Shown here one piece after another: positions 40,653-50,405 of a stretch of DNA of 51,307 nt (within the stretch, counting starts at the first letter, position 1; each line of letters begins with the position of its first letter). The stretch spans positions 1 through 51,307 of the forward strand of contig JAIXVH010000247.1 of assembly GCA_027483125.1 (NCBI GenBank). The letters are read 5' to 3'. The notes under the pieces are model-generated. The model did not search any database. It had not been told where the DNA came from and saw only the letters and a program-made list of their open reading frames with translations. The DNA comes from Acetobacteraceae bacterium. GTDB taxonomy: Bacteria > Pseudomonadota > Alphaproteobacteria > Acetobacterales > Acetobacteraceae. Both the position numbers and the translations under genes were made by a program.

Positions 40653-41363
40653 ATGTCCCGCGCCGTCCTGATCACCCGCCCCGAGCCGGGCCTGGCCGAC
40701 ACCGCCACTGCCATCACCGCCCTCGGCTGGCAGCCGGTGCCGGCGCCAGGCCTGGTGCTGCATGCGCGCCCCTTCCGCCCGGTCCGGGCACAGGCCGCGC
40801 TGTTGACCAGCCGTGCGGCCGCGCGCGCCCTGCCGCCGCTGCCCATGCCAGTCTTCGCCGTGGGCGAGGCCACCGCCAAGGAGACTCGCGCCCGCGGCCA
40901 GGGGCAAGTCATCGCCGCGGAAGGCGACGCAGCCGCACTCGCCGCGCTGGTGTGCGCCCGGCTCGACCCCACCGCGGGGCCGCTGGTGCTGGCCATCGGC
41001 CAGGGCTATGCGCAGGACCTTTCCGCTGCATTGCGGCAAAGCGGCTTTCGCGTGCTGCGGCGCGTGGTGTATGTGGCCCGGCCCGCCGCCTCCCTCCCGG
41101 AGGCCGCGCGGGATGCGCTCCTGGCCGGCACCATCGGCCAGGCGCTGTTCTTCTCGCCGCGCTCGGCGCAGGTGGCCATCGCGCTGCTGCGCCAGGCGGG
41201 GCTCGCGGCCAGGCTGCGCGGCATCCGCGCGCTGGCCATCTCCGCCCGGGTGGCCGAGGTGCTGGCCGCCCTCCCCTGGGGCAGCGTGGCCGTGGCCGCG
41301 CGCCCCGACCATGCCGCGATGATGCAATTGCTCGGAGCACCGCCATGCCCTTCGCCCCCCTGA
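40653..41363 (+). CDS. hemD: Uroporphyrinogen-III synthase
   Basis: VLITRPEP, LLTS, FAVGEATA, FFSPRSA, AAR.PD; syntenic position. Confidence 0.9.
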   Translation: MSRAVLITRPEPGLADTATAITALGWQPVPAPGLVLHARPFRPVRAQAALLTSRAAARALPPLPMPVFAVGEATAKETRARGQGQVIAAEGDAAALAALVCARLDPTAGPLVLAIGQGYAQDLSAALRQSGFRVLRRVVYVARPAASLPEAARDALLAGTIGQALFFSPRSAQVAIALLRQAGLAARLRGIRALAISARVAEVLAALPWGSVAVAARPDHAAMMQLLGAPPCPSPP

Positions 41364-42148
41364 TCGCCGCCGCGGTCATCGTCGCGCTGCTGCCCTTCCT
41401 GTTCCTGGGCCGCGCGCCCGCGCCGGGCCCCGAAGCCCCGCGCGCCGCCGAGGCACCGCGCATGGCCGAGGCACCGCGCCCGATGGCTGTGGTGGCCGGG
41501 CTCGAGGGCCGGCTGAACACGCTGGCCACGCGGGTCGATGGCCAGGATGCCCGCATCGCCGAAGCCACGGCCGCGCTGCGCCAGGCCGTGGCGGAGGCCA
41601 ATGCCGCCCTGCGCGAGGCCCAGGCCCAGGCACGCGCCGCCACCGAAGCCCAGGCCGCGCTGGCCACGCGGCTGGAATCGCGCATCGCCGAGGCAGCGCG
41701 CGCCGCGGCCGAAGCCAACCAGCGCATCGCCGCCACCGAAGCCCGCGCCGCGCGGCTGGCCGCCGTGGCCGCACTGCGTGACGCCTTGGACAATGGCGCG
41801 CCGCTCGGCGAATGGCTGCCGCGCCTGGCCTCCGTGCCGCCTGCCCTGGCCCGCTTCGCCACCACGGCCCCACCCACCGAGGCCGCGCTGCGCCAGGCCT
41901 TCGAGGACACGGCGCGCGCCGCCCGCGCCGGCGGCCGCAGCCTGTTCACCATACGACGTGGCGAGGAGGTGCTGGTGGGCGACGCGGCCGAGGCCGAGAT
42001 CGAACGCGCCCGCCGCCTGCTGGCCGGCGGCGACGTGACCGGCGCCGTGCAGCACGCCACCCGCGTGCCGGGCATGGCACCCTGGGTGGAAGCCGCGCAG
42101 CCGCTGCTCGCCGCCCGCGCCGCACTGGCCGCGCTGGGGGGCGCGTGA
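41345..42148 (+). CDS. COG4223/mitofilin-like (alphaproteobacterial Mic60-like) membrane protein
   Basis: N-terminal TM, Ala-rich coiled coil, LRDALDNGAPL, LFTIRR..RARRLLAGGD; lies between hemD and hemY. Confidence 0.7.
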   Translation: MPFAPLIAAAVIVALLPFLFLGRAPAPGPEAPRAAEAPRMAEAPRPMAVVAGLEGRLNTLATRVDGQDARIAEATAALRQAVAEANAALREAQAQARAATEAQAALATRLESRIAEAARAAAEANQRIAATEARAARLAAVAALRDALDNGAPLGEWLPRLASVPPALARFATTAPPTEAALRQAFEDTARAARAGGRSLFTIRRGEEVLVGDAAEAEIERARRLLAGGDVTGAVQHATRVPGMAPWVEAAQPLLAARAALAALGGA

Positions 42149-43377
42149 TGCGCGAATTGCTGCTGATCATCGCCGCCGCCGCGGCATTGCTGGCCGGCGT
42201 CGCCTGGGTGGCGGGGTTGGATGGTGACCTGGAATTGCGCTTCGGCGAATGGCTGATCGCGGCCCCGCTCGCGGTCGCCGCCGCCGCCGGAGCGTTGGCC
42301 TTCCTGCTGGGCCATGGCGCGCTGGCGGGGCTCGGCGCCTTCCTGCGGCGGGGCCAGCAGCGCGGCCTCTCGCTCAGCCTGAACCGCCGGGCGGAGGCCG
42401 ACCGCGCCTTGACCGAGGCCATGGTGCAGATCGCCCTGGGCGCGCCGGATGCCGCGCGCGCGGCGGCTGATCGCGCGCGCGCGCTTTCCGGCAATCAGCC
42501 GGTGGCGCTGCTGGTCGCAGCCGCCGCCGAACGCATGGCCGGCCGCGAGGATGCCGCCGCCGCGCATTACCAGGCGCTGGCAGAACGGCCCGAGACGCGA
42601 ATCCTGGGCCTGCGCGGCCTGCTGCGGCAGGCGGTCCAGCGCGGCGACCGCCAGACGGAATTGACGCTGGCCGCAGCGGCCGAGGCCGCACATCCGGGCG
42701 CCGCGATGCTCGCACGCGACGGCACCGCCCTGCCCGGCCCGGACCTGCAATCGGCACTCGCCATGACCGCGCCGGAAGCACCGCGTGCCGCGCGGCTGCT
42801 GGCCGAAGCCGCCGCCGAGCCTGACGAGGACAAGGCCGCACGGCTGGAACGCGAGGCCTTCGCCGCCGACCCCGCCTTCCCGCCCGCCGTCCTGGCCCAT
42901 GCCACCCGCCTGCGGCATGCGGGCCACCAGGAGGCCGCGCGCGCCGTGCTGGAAGTGGGCTGGGCCGCCGCCCCGCACCCTGACCTCGCCCAGGCCTATC
43001 TGCTGCCGCACCATGAAGGCCCGGCCCGCGCCCAGGCCGCCGAAGCGCTGGCGCGGCACCACCCCCACCATCCGGAAGCGCGGCTGATGCTGGGGCGCGC
43101 ACTGCTCGGCGCGGGGCATATGGCGCGGGCAAGGCCGCTGCTGGAGGGTCTGGCCGGCGACCGCCGCGCGCACCAGGCCCTGGCCGAACTGGCCCGCCGC
43201 CAGGGTGAAGCGGCCGAGGCCGCACGCCATCTGGACGCAGCCCTCGCCGCCCCCGCCCCGGAAGGCTGGCGCTGTGGCGCCTGCGGCACCCAGGCCGAGA
43301 ACTGGGCGCCGGCCTGCCAATCCTGCGGTGCGCCGCTCGCCCTGGCCTGGGGTGCCGCGCCGCATGGCGGAGATTGA
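42148..43377 (+). CDS. HemY-like TPR membrane protein with C-terminal Zn ribbon
   Basis: Two N-terminal TMs, LGLRGL, PHPDLA, WRCGACG...WAPACQSCG. Confidence 0.8.
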   Translation: MRELLLIIAAAAALLAGVAWVAGLDGDLELRFGEWLIAAPLAVAAAAGALAFLLGHGALAGLGAFLRRGQQRGLSLSLNRRAEADRALTEAMVQIALGAPDAARAAADRARALSGNQPVALLVAAAAERMAGREDAAAAHYQALAERPETRILGLRGLLRQAVQRGDRQTELTLAAAAEAAHPGAAMLARDGTALPGPDLQSALAMTAPEAPRAARLLAEAAAEPDEDKAARLEREAFAADPAFPPAVLAHATRLRHAGHQEAARAVLEVGWAAAPHPDLAQAYLLPHHEGPARAQAAEALARHHPHHPEARLMLGRALLGAGHMARARPLLEGLAGDRRAHQALAELARRQGEAAEAARHLDAALAAPAPEGWRCGACGTQAENWAPACQSCGAPLALAWGAAPHGGD

Positions 43378-44461
43378 CCGCGCCCATATGCGGGCGGCCT
43401 TGGCGGTGGCCGCGCGGGGCTTGGGCAATACCTGGCCCAACCCCGCCGTCGGCTGTGTGCTGGTCAAGGATGGCCGCGTCATCGCGCGCGGCTGGACCCA
43501 GCCCGGCGGCCGCCCGCATGCCGAGGTCGAGGCGCTGGCACGCGCCGGGGAGGCCGCGCGTGGCGCCACCGCCTATGTCACGCTCGAACCCTGTTCGCAT
43601 GTCGGCCGCACGCCACCCTGCTGTGATGCGCTGATCCGCGCGGGTGTGACGCGCGTCGTCGCCGCCATGCGCGACCCGGACCGGCGGGTGGATGGCCGTG
43701 GCTTCGCCCGGCTTCGCGCGGCCGGCATCGTGGTGGAGGAAGCGGTGCTGGAGGAGGACGCCAGGCGCTTCCAGTTGGGCTTCATCCGCCGCGTCACACA
43801 GGGCCTGCCGATGGTCACGCTGAAGCTGGCCTCGACGCTGGATGGCCGCATCGCCACGGCATCCGGCGAAAGCCGCTGGATCACCGGCGAGGCCGCGCGG
43901 CGCGCCGTGCATGCCGCGCGCGCGGCGCATGATGTGGTGCTGGTGGGCAGCGGCACGGTGCTGGCCGATGACCCGACGCTGACCATTCGCGGCCTTGGCC
44001 TGCCGGCAATCCCGCGCGTGGTGTTCGATGCGCGGCTGCGCATGCCGCTGGATGCAGCACTGGTGCGCACGGCGCGCGAGACACCAACCTGGCTGGTCAC
44101 GGCACCGGGTCACAAGCCGGCGGCTCTGGCCGCCTATATCGCGGCCGGGGTGGAGGTGATCACCGCCGCGCATGCCGCAACGGGCGGGCTTGATGCGCGC
44201 GCGGCGCTGCAGGCCCTGGCCCAGCGCGGCGTCACGCGCGTCTTCTGCGAGGGTGGTGCCGCGCTGGCCGCGGGGCTGCTGGGTGCGCGGCTGGTGCAGC
44301 GCATCCTGTGGTTTCACGCGCCGGGCGTGATCGGCGCGGATGGCATCGCGGCGATCGGCGCGCTGGGACTTGCGCGGCTGCCTGACATGCAGCGCTTCCG
44401 CCTGCTGGACAGCCGGCGCATCGGCCCCGATATGCTGAGCGAATACGAGGAGTGCGACTGA
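43364..44461 (+). CDS. ribD: Bifunctional deaminase/reductase RibD
   Basis: PNPAVGC, HAE, TLEPCSH..TPPC, KLASTLDG, CEGG. Confidence 0.96.
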   Translation: MAEIDRAHMRAALAVAARGLGNTWPNPAVGCVLVKDGRVIARGWTQPGGRPHAEVEALARAGEAARGATAYVTLEPCSHVGRTPPCCDALIRAGVTRVVAAMRDPDRRVDGRGFARLRAAGIVVEEAVLEEDARRFQLGFIRRVTQGLPMVTLKLASTLDGRIATASGESRWITGEAARRAVHAARAAHDVVLVGSGTVLADDPTLTIRGLGLPAIPRVVFDARLRMPLDAALVRTARETPTWLVTAPGHKPAALAAYIAAGVEVITAAHAATGGLDARAALQALAQRGVTRVFCEGGAALAAGLLGARLVQRILWFHAPGVIGADGIAAIGALGLARLPDMQRFRLLDSRRIGPDMLSEYEECD

Positions 44462-45067
44462 ATGTTCACCGGAATTGTCACCGCACTCGGCACCGTGCGC
44501 GAGGTGCAGCCGATCGGCGCGGGGCATGATGCGCGCTTCGTGATCGGCGTGGCCCCCGCCTTCCTGGCCGAGCCGGAGACGGCGATCGGCGCCTCGATCT
44601 GCTGTTCGGGCGTGTGCCTGACGGTGGTGCGGCTGGGCGCCGATGAATTCGCCGTCGATGCCAGCGCCGAGACATTGGCGCGCAGCACCCTGCATGGCTG
44701 GCGCACGGGCTCACGCGTCAACCTGGAACGCAGCCTGCGCCTGGGCGATGAGCTGGGTGGGCATCTGGTCGCGGGGCATGTGGATGGCATGGCCGAGGTG
44801 CTGTCGGCCACGCCGGAAAACGCTTCCGTGCGCTGGCGCTTCCGCGCGCCGGCGGGCTTCGCGGCGCTGGTCGCACCCAAGGGCAGCGTGGCGCTGGATG
44901 GCGTGTCGCTGACGGTGAACGAGGTCGAGGGCGAGGTGTTCGGCGTGAACATCATCCCGCACACCACCGGCGTCACCAGCTTCGGCACGCTGCAACCGGG
45001 CGACCGGGTGAATTTCGAGGCCGATACCCTGGCACGCTACGTGGCACGGCAGTTGGCATTTCGCTGA
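44462..45067 (+). CDS. ribE: Riboflavin synthase
   Basis: MFTGIV, GVCLTV, VNLERSL, GGHLVAGHVD, KGSVALDGVSLTVN. Confidence 0.96.
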   Translation: MFTGIVTALGTVREVQPIGAGHDARFVIGVAPAFLAEPETAIGASICCSGVCLTVVRLGADEFAVDASAETLARSTLHGWRTGSRVNLERSLRLGDELGGHLVAGHVDGMAEVLSATPENASVRWRFRAPAGFAALVAPKGSVALDGVSLTVNEVEGEVFGVNIIPHTTGVTSFGTLQPGDRVNFEADTLARYVARQLAFR

Positions 45068-45087
45068 ACCGCGCCCATTTTGCGCTG

Positions 45088-46212
45088 ATGGACAATCCGA
45101 CCATCACCCGCTTCGCGGATTTCATCAGCCCCACCGAGGAGCTTCTCGCCGAGGCGCGCAGCGGCCGCATGTTCATCCTGGTCGATGACGAGGACCGGGA
45201 GAATGAGGGCGACCTGGTCATCCCCGCGCAATTCGCCACCGCGGATGCGGTGAACTTCATGGCAAGGTTCGCGCGCGGGCTGATCTGCCTGGCAATGGCG
45301 CGGCCGCGCGTGGAACAACTCGGCCTGCCGCTGATGAGCCGGCACAATGGCACGCGCCATTCCACCGCCTTCACCGTGTCCATCGAAGCCCGCGACGGCG
45401 TGACCACCGGCATCTCCGCGGCCGATCGCGCGCGCACCATCGCGGTGGCCATCAACCCCGAACTCGGGCGCGAGCATATCGTCACGCCCGGCCATGTCTT
45501 CCCGCTGGTGGCGCGCGACGGCGGCACATTGGTGCGCGCAGGCCATACCGAGGCCGCGGTGGATTTCGCGCGGCTCGCGGGGCTCAACCCCGCGGGCGTG
45601 ATCTGCGAGATCATGAACGATGACGGCACCATGGCCCGCCTGCCGGATCTGGTGGCCTTCGCACAGCACCATAACCTCAAGCTCGGCACCATCGCGGACC
45701 TGATCGCGCATCGCAGGCGGACCGAGAAACTGGTCAACCGCGTCGAGGAAGGCGAAACCCTGCACGCCGTGGGCGGCGCCTGGAAGGTCATCGTCTATGC
45801 CACGGCGATGGAGCCAGGCGAGCATGTCGTGCTGATCAAGGGCGATATTTCACGCCCAGGCCCGGTGCTGACGCGGATGCATGCGGCATCGCTGCTGCAT
45901 GACCTGGTGGGTGGTGCGGGCGCGCGCGAACTGCATGCCTCCATGCGTATGATCGAGGCCGAGGGACGCGGCGTTGTGGTGCTGCTGCGCGACTACCGAA
46001 CGGATGCGATGAGCACCGAAATCCGGCGCGGGCGCGAACGCGCCGCCGCACCGGCGCTGCGCGACTATGGCATCGGCGCGCAGATCCTGGCGGATCTGGG
46101 GCTGACCGACATCATCCGGCTGTCGAACAATCCACGGCCGGTGGTGGGCCTGGAGGGATATGGGCTGCATGTGCTGGAGACGCGGCCGGTGGCGCCGGAG
46201 GGCGCGCCCTGA
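45088..46212 (+). CDS. ribB: DHBP synthase with degenerate GTP cyclohydrolase II domain (RibBX type)
   Basis: DDEDRENEGD, RAGHTEA, CEIMNDDG; C-terminal domain lacks the Zn cysteines (RMHAASLLHDL). Confidence 0.92.
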   Translation: MDNPTITRFADFISPTEELLAEARSGRMFILVDDEDRENEGDLVIPAQFATADAVNFMARFARGLICLAMARPRVEQLGLPLMSRHNGTRHSTAFTVSIEARDGVTTGISAADRARTIAVAINPELGREHIVTPGHVFPLVARDGGTLVRAGHTEAAVDFARLAGLNPAGVICEIMNDDGTMARLPDLVAFAQHHNLKLGTIADLIAHRRRTEKLVNRVEEGETLHAVGGAWKVIVYATAMEPGEHVVLIKGDISRPGPVLTRMHAASLLHDLVGGAGARELHASMRMIEAEGRGVVVLLRDYRTDAMSTEIRRGRERAAAPALRDYGIGAQILADLGLTDIIRLSNNPRPVVGLEGYGLHVLETRPVAPEGAP

Positions 46213-46218
46213 AGGGCA

Positions 46219-46290
46219 TTGGGGTGCTAGGATTCGAACCTAGGAATGGCGGTACCAAAAACCGCTGCCTTACCGCTTGGCTACACCCCA
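46219..46290 (-). tRNA. tRNA-Gln(TTG), CCA not encoded
   Basis: Reverse complement TGGGGTGTAGCCAAGCGGTAAGGCAGCGGTTTTTGGTACCGCCATTCCTAGGTTCGAATCCTAGCACCCCAA; U1-A72 pair. Confidence 0.93.
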
Positions 46291-46310
46291 ATATGCGGGC
46301 GCCAATGCCA

Positions 46311-47156
46311 TCACGCGGGCGGTTCGGCAAGGGGGCCTGCGGCGGACCACCATGACCGCGGCATGGCCTGCGCGCCGCGATGGGCGGCCGCACTGGCCTT
46401 GAAGATGCCGAAGCAGGTGGCGCCCGAACCGCTCATGCGGGCCAGCAGGCATTCGGGCTGCGCGGCGATCGCCGCCAGAACCTGCGCGACAGGCGGGCAA
46501 AGCCCGATGGCGGCGGCCTGCAGGTCATTGCCGCAGCGCGCCAGATCGGCCGCCATATGGGCTGCGTCATGCCACGCCTCGGGCAGTGCCGCGGGCGGCG
46601 AAAAGCCAGGCTGGCGGGCGCGGAACACCGCCGGCGTCGCCAATGGCAGCCGCGGATTGACCAGCAGCAGCGCAACATCGGGCGGCAGGCGCGGGGCGGG
46701 CAGCATCACCTCGCCCACACCCTGCATGCGCATGGGCCGCGATTCGACGCAGACAGGCACATCCGCACCCAGCGGCAGCGCCAATTCGCGCAATGCGGCG
46801 GCGGAAAGACCCAGCCCATGGAACCGGTTCAACAACCGCAGTGCCGCCGCCGCATCGGCCGAGCCGCCGCCGATTCCCGATGCCACGGGCAGGTTCTTCT
46901 CCAGCCGCAGCGCAGCGCCCTGCCCGCCCAGCGCCTGTGCGGCGCGCAGCACCAGATTATCGGGCTCCGCGCTCAGCCCCTCGGCGAAGGGGCCTTCAAG
47001 GGCCAAAGAGAGCCCGGGCCCAGGGTCGGCATAGAGCCGGTCCATGGCAGGACCGAAGACGGCCAGGCTATCCAGCAGATGATAGCCATCCGCCCGCCTG
47101 CCGGTCACGTGCAGGAACAGGTTGATCTTGGCCGGCGCGGCTTCGAGCATGCTCAT
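46311..47156 (-). CDS. ispE: 4-diphosphocytidyl-2-C-methyl-D-erythritol kinase
   Basis: [42 protein letters not shown]. Confidence 0.96.
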   Translation of the reverse strand: MSMLEAAPAKINLFLHVTGRRADGYHLLDSLAVFGPAMDRLYADPGPGLSLALEGPFAEGLSAEPDNLVLRAAQALGGQGAALRLEKNLPVASGIGGGSADAAAALRLLNRFHGLGLSAAALRELALPLGADVPVCVESRPMRMQGVGEVMLPAPRLPPDVALLLVNPRLPLATPAVFRARQPGFSPPAALPEAWHDAAHMAADLARCGNDLQAAAIGLCPPVAQVLAAIAAQPECLLARMSGSGATCFGIFKASAAAHRGAQAMPRSWWSAAGPLAEPPA

Positions 47157-48868
47157 GGCCGCAGCGAAGCCGGGAATTCCTCGGCCGGCAGGCCATGTTC
47201 CAGCTTGCGCTCCAGCCGCGGCTGTTCGCCGGCTTCAAGCTCCATGGACAGCGCGCGGCGCCACTGGAACTCGGCCTCCCATTGGCGGCCGGCGACCCAA
47301 TAGGCATCGCCCAGATGGTGGTTGATGGTGCCGTTCACGGGTTCCAATTCCACCGCTTTTTCCAGCCACTGGATGGCGCCGGGAATATCGCCCAGGCGAT
47401 AGAGAACCCAGCCCAGGCTGTCGGCGATATTGCCGTCCTGCGGGCGCAGGGCGACTGCGCGTTCCAGCATGGCGCGCGCCTGGGCCAGGTTCACGCCCTG
47501 GTCCGCCCAGGAATAGCCCAGGTAGTTCAGGACATAGGGCTGGTCAGGAGAAAGCTCCAAGGCGCGGCGGAAATCAGCCTCGGCGCCCGGCCAATTGCCG
47601 GAGCGCTCACGGGCGATGCCGCGTGCGTAGAAGAGCGGCCAATCGGTCTCGGCCGGATTGGCCACGCGCGCCAGCGCGCGTTCATAGGCCGCCGCCGCCG
47701 CGGGGAAGTCGCTGCGCCGGCGCATGATGTCGCCCAGGCGGGTCAGCGGCTGGGGGTGGCCCGGCAGCTGGGCGGCCAGTTCCTCCAGCAATGCGCGCGC
47801 CTCCTCCAGCCGATCCAGCCGATCAAGCAGCCCGGCGCGGCGCAGGGCGGCGACGGGCGCCAAGGGGTCATCTGGGCGCAACTGCGCCAGCAGGGACAGC
47901 GCCGGTTCGAGGTGCTCCTCCTCCTCCAGCGCATCGGCCAGCAGCAGCAGAGCAGGTCCGAAGCCCGGGCGGATGCGCAGCGCGAGGCGGGCCAGCACCA
48001 TCGCCTGGTCGCCAACGCCCTGCCCGCTCAGCGCGCCGGCAAGCGCCACATAGGCCTCGGCAATTCCCTCGACATGGGAAGCCACGCCGCGGCCGGAGAG
48101 GATGGCGCGGCGCGGGCCTTCGGTGGCGGCCAGCGACACCTCGTCGCCATTGGCCGCGATGCGGTCCAGCAGCCGCGTCGCATCGGCGGTGCGGCCGGCG
48201 CGGGCCAGGATGGACGCCGCGAGCACCGCCAGGCGCAGGCTGGGTTCGGGCTGGTCGGCCAGGGCTATGCGCACCAGCCGCTCGGCCTCGCGCGGGCGGT
48301 TGGCGAGGTCGGCGATCAACGCGCCATGCAGCGCGTTCAGGGCGCGGAAACGGCCCTGGTCGATGAAGGGACGCAGCGTGGCCAGTGCCTGGTCATGCTG
48401 GCCGCGCCCGGCCTGGGCCCAGGCCAGCAGCACCGGCAGCAGCGGCGCGGAGGCACCGCCGCGCGGCAGGGCGCGCACGCGGCTCTCGGCGCGGTCCCAG
48501 CGGCCGGCCAGCGCCTCGCTGCCCATGATGAGCAGGGCGGCGACGCCATTATCGGGCAGGCGGCGGGCCAGCCGCAGCGCATCGGGCCGGCCATCCAGCA
48601 CGGCGGCCATGAAGGCGCGGTTCAGCAATTCGGGATTGTCGGGATCACGCGCGAGGGCGGCCAGCATGCTGTCGGCGGCGATCGCGGTGTCCATCTGCTG
48701 GGCGGCGAAACGGCCGGCCAGAAAATGCCCGGCGATGCTGGTGTCACTCGCATTGGCACGCGGCGTGCGCGGTTGCAGATCGGTCGCGGGCAGGCTGCTC
48801 GCGGCGCAGCCGAGCAGGAGCGCGGAGGCCAAAAGCCCGAGACGCTTGTGTCGCAACCATAAGGACAT
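47153..48868 (-). CDS. Tetratricopeptide repeat (lipo)protein
   Basis: LLLGC lipobox-like; [24 protein letters not shown]; usual neighbour of ispE. Confidence 0.9.
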   Translation of the reverse strand: MSLWLRHKRLGLLASALLLGCAASSLPATDLQPRTPRANASDTSIAGHFLAGRFAAQQMDTAIAADSMLAALARDPDNPELLNRAFMAAVLDGRPDALRLARRLPDNGVAALLIMGSEALAGRWDRAESRVRALPRGGASAPLLPVLLAWAQAGRGQHDQALATLRPFIDQGRFRALNALHGALIADLANRPREAERLVRIALADQPEPSLRLAVLAASILARAGRTADATRLLDRIAANGDEVSLAATEGPRRAILSGRGVASHVEGIAEAYVALAGALSGQGVGDQAMVLARLALRIRPGFGPALLLLADALEEEEHLEPALSLLAQLRPDDPLAPVAALRRAGLLDRLDRLEEARALLEELAAQLPGHPQPLTRLGDIMRRRSDFPAAAAAYERALARVANPAETDWPLFYARGIARERSGNWPGAEADFRRALELSPDQPYVLNYLGYSWADQGVNLAQARAMLERAVALRPQDGNIADSLGWVLYRLGDIPGAIQWLEKAVELEPVNGTINHHLGDAYWVAGRQWEAEFQWRRALSMELEAGEQPRLERKLEHGLPAEEFPASLRP

Positions 48869-48981
48869 GCTGCAACTATAGGCTGTTGTGGCCGCTGCGC
48901 CAGCATGTGTGGCGCGGCGGGCACAGCGTGCAGGCCGAGTGTTGCCCGCGCGCCATAGTCCGAGGCGTCAGGTCGCGCGGA

Positions 48982-49611
48982 TCATGCCGGGCGGCCATAG
49001 CCGCGCAATTGCGCCGCGGCTTCCGCCAGTTCGGAGGGCGTCAGCGGCACGGGCGGCAGGCCCGCGCCGAGCAGCAGAAGGTATTGCCGAGCCAGGTTTT
49101 CGACCTCCCGCGCCAGGGTCTCGGCGCCGGCCAGTGTCGCGCCCAGCGCCAGCACGCCATGATTGGCGAGCAGGCAGGCACGGCCGGTACCAAGCGCCGC
49201 CAACGCGGCATCGGCCAATGCTGGCGTGCCGAAGGTCGCGTGCGCCGCACAAGGGATCTGATCGCTGCCGGCCAGGGTGATCATGTAGTGGATCGGCGGG
49301 ATCGGCCGCCGCGCGCAGGACAGCGCCGTGGCGTGCGGGCTGTGGGTGTGGATGACGGCCTGCGTATCGGGGCGCGCAGCATAGACCGCCGCATGCAACC
49401 GCCATTCCGAAGATGGGCGGCCGCCGCCCAGAACAGCGCCATCGGGGGCACATTCGACCAGGTCCTCGGGCGCCAGCGCGGCATAGGCCAGCCCCGAGGG
49501 CGTGATGAGAAACCCGCGCGGCGTGCGCAGCGAAAGATTGCCGGATTTGCCGGGCATGAAGCCCGCCGCATCCAGCGCCTGGGCGGCTGCGATCAGCGCG
49601 GCCGCGTTCAT
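48982..49611 (-). CDS. Class II aldolase/adducin family protein (FucA-like)
   Basis: SGNLS, ITPSG, PSSEWRLH, HTHSPHAT, LLANHG; start trimmed to ATG 49611. Confidence 0.9.
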   Translation of the reverse strand: MNAAALIAAAQALDAAGFMPGKSGNLSLRTPRGFLITPSGLAYAALAPEDLVECAPDGAVLGGGRPSSEWRLHAAVYAARPDTQAVIHTHSPHATALSCARRPIPPIHYMITLAGSDQIPCAAHATFGTPALADAALAALGTGRACLLANHGVLALGATLAGAETLAREVENLARQYLLLLGAGLPPVPLTPSELAEAAAQLRGYGRPA

Positions 49612-50210
49612 TCGCGCAAGGCGCGCGCCGCCTTGGCGGCGGGCCTGGTCAGGCAGCGGTCGAGCCAGGCCTTCACCCGCGGGGAGGCCGCGAAGTCGAA
49701 GCCGTTCAGCCAGGCGCCATAATAGACAGAAGCGAGATTCAGATCGGCGACCGAGAAGGCGCTGCCCACCAGCCAGTCGCGGCCGGCCAGATGGGCCTCG
49801 ACGAAAGCCAACCGCGGCAGGGTCTCGGCCAGGCCGCGGGCGGCTTCGGCCGGGTTGCGCTGTTCGGGGGGGCGGACATAGGTGTTGTAGGCCCAAGCCA
49901 TGATCTGCGGCTCGGCCTCGGTGCCGGCGAACATGGTCCATTGCAGCGTGCGGGAGAGGTCATCGCCCTGCGGCATCAGTGGCGCGCCGGCCTTCATCGC
50001 GATGTGCAGGTTGATGGCCAGGCTCTCCTGCAGGATCAGCGGGCCATCTTCCAGCGCGGGCACCTTGCCGGCGGGGTGGATGTGGGCGAGCGCGGGGTCC
50101 TTCGCCGCGTCGAAACCGGTGGGCACGACCTCATAGGCGAGGCCTGCTTCCTCCGCTGTCCAGATGTTGCGGAAGGCGCGGGAGCGGGGGATGCCATGGA
50201 TACGCAGCAT
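49608..50210 (-). CDS. Glutathione S-transferase
   Basis: SRAFR, GKVPALEDG, ESLAI, FSVADL. Confidence 0.92.
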   Translation of the reverse strand: MLRIHGIPRSRAFRNIWTAEEAGLAYEVVPTGFDAAKDPALAHIHPAGKVPALEDGPLILQESLAINLHIAMKAGAPLMPQGDDLSRTLQWTMFAGTEAEPQIMAWAYNTYVRPPEQRNPAEAARGLAETLPRLAFVEAHLAGRDWLVGSAFSVADLNLASVYYGAWLNGFDFAASPRVKAWLDRCLTRPAAKAARALRE

Positions 50211-50213
50211 GGT

Positions 50214-50405
50214 TCAGTCCTTTTTCTTGGCGAGCGCCTGGGCATGGGCGAGCACGGCCTGTTGGAACAGGCGCAGAAGAGCAACCCAGATGATGATGGC
50301 GAGTGCCGCCCACAGAAAGCCGTGGTGCTGCCAGAGCAACGCGGCCAGCGCGAGCCAGCCGCATGAGAGCAGCACGCCGAAGCGGAGGATGCGGATGAGG
50401 GGCAA
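50214..50405 (-). CDS. Small two-TM hypothetical membrane protein
   Basis: 63 aa, two hydrophobic helices, fills the gap between ETF-QO and GST exactly. Confidence 0.5.
   Translation of the reverse strand: MPLIRILRFGVLLSCGWLALAALLWQHHGFLWAALAIIIWVALLRLFQQAVLAHAQALAKKKD

Noticed and set aside
43300-45090. FMN riboswitch for the rib genes
   Set aside because: No intergenic space or conserved FMN aptamer sequence; ribD overlaps hemY
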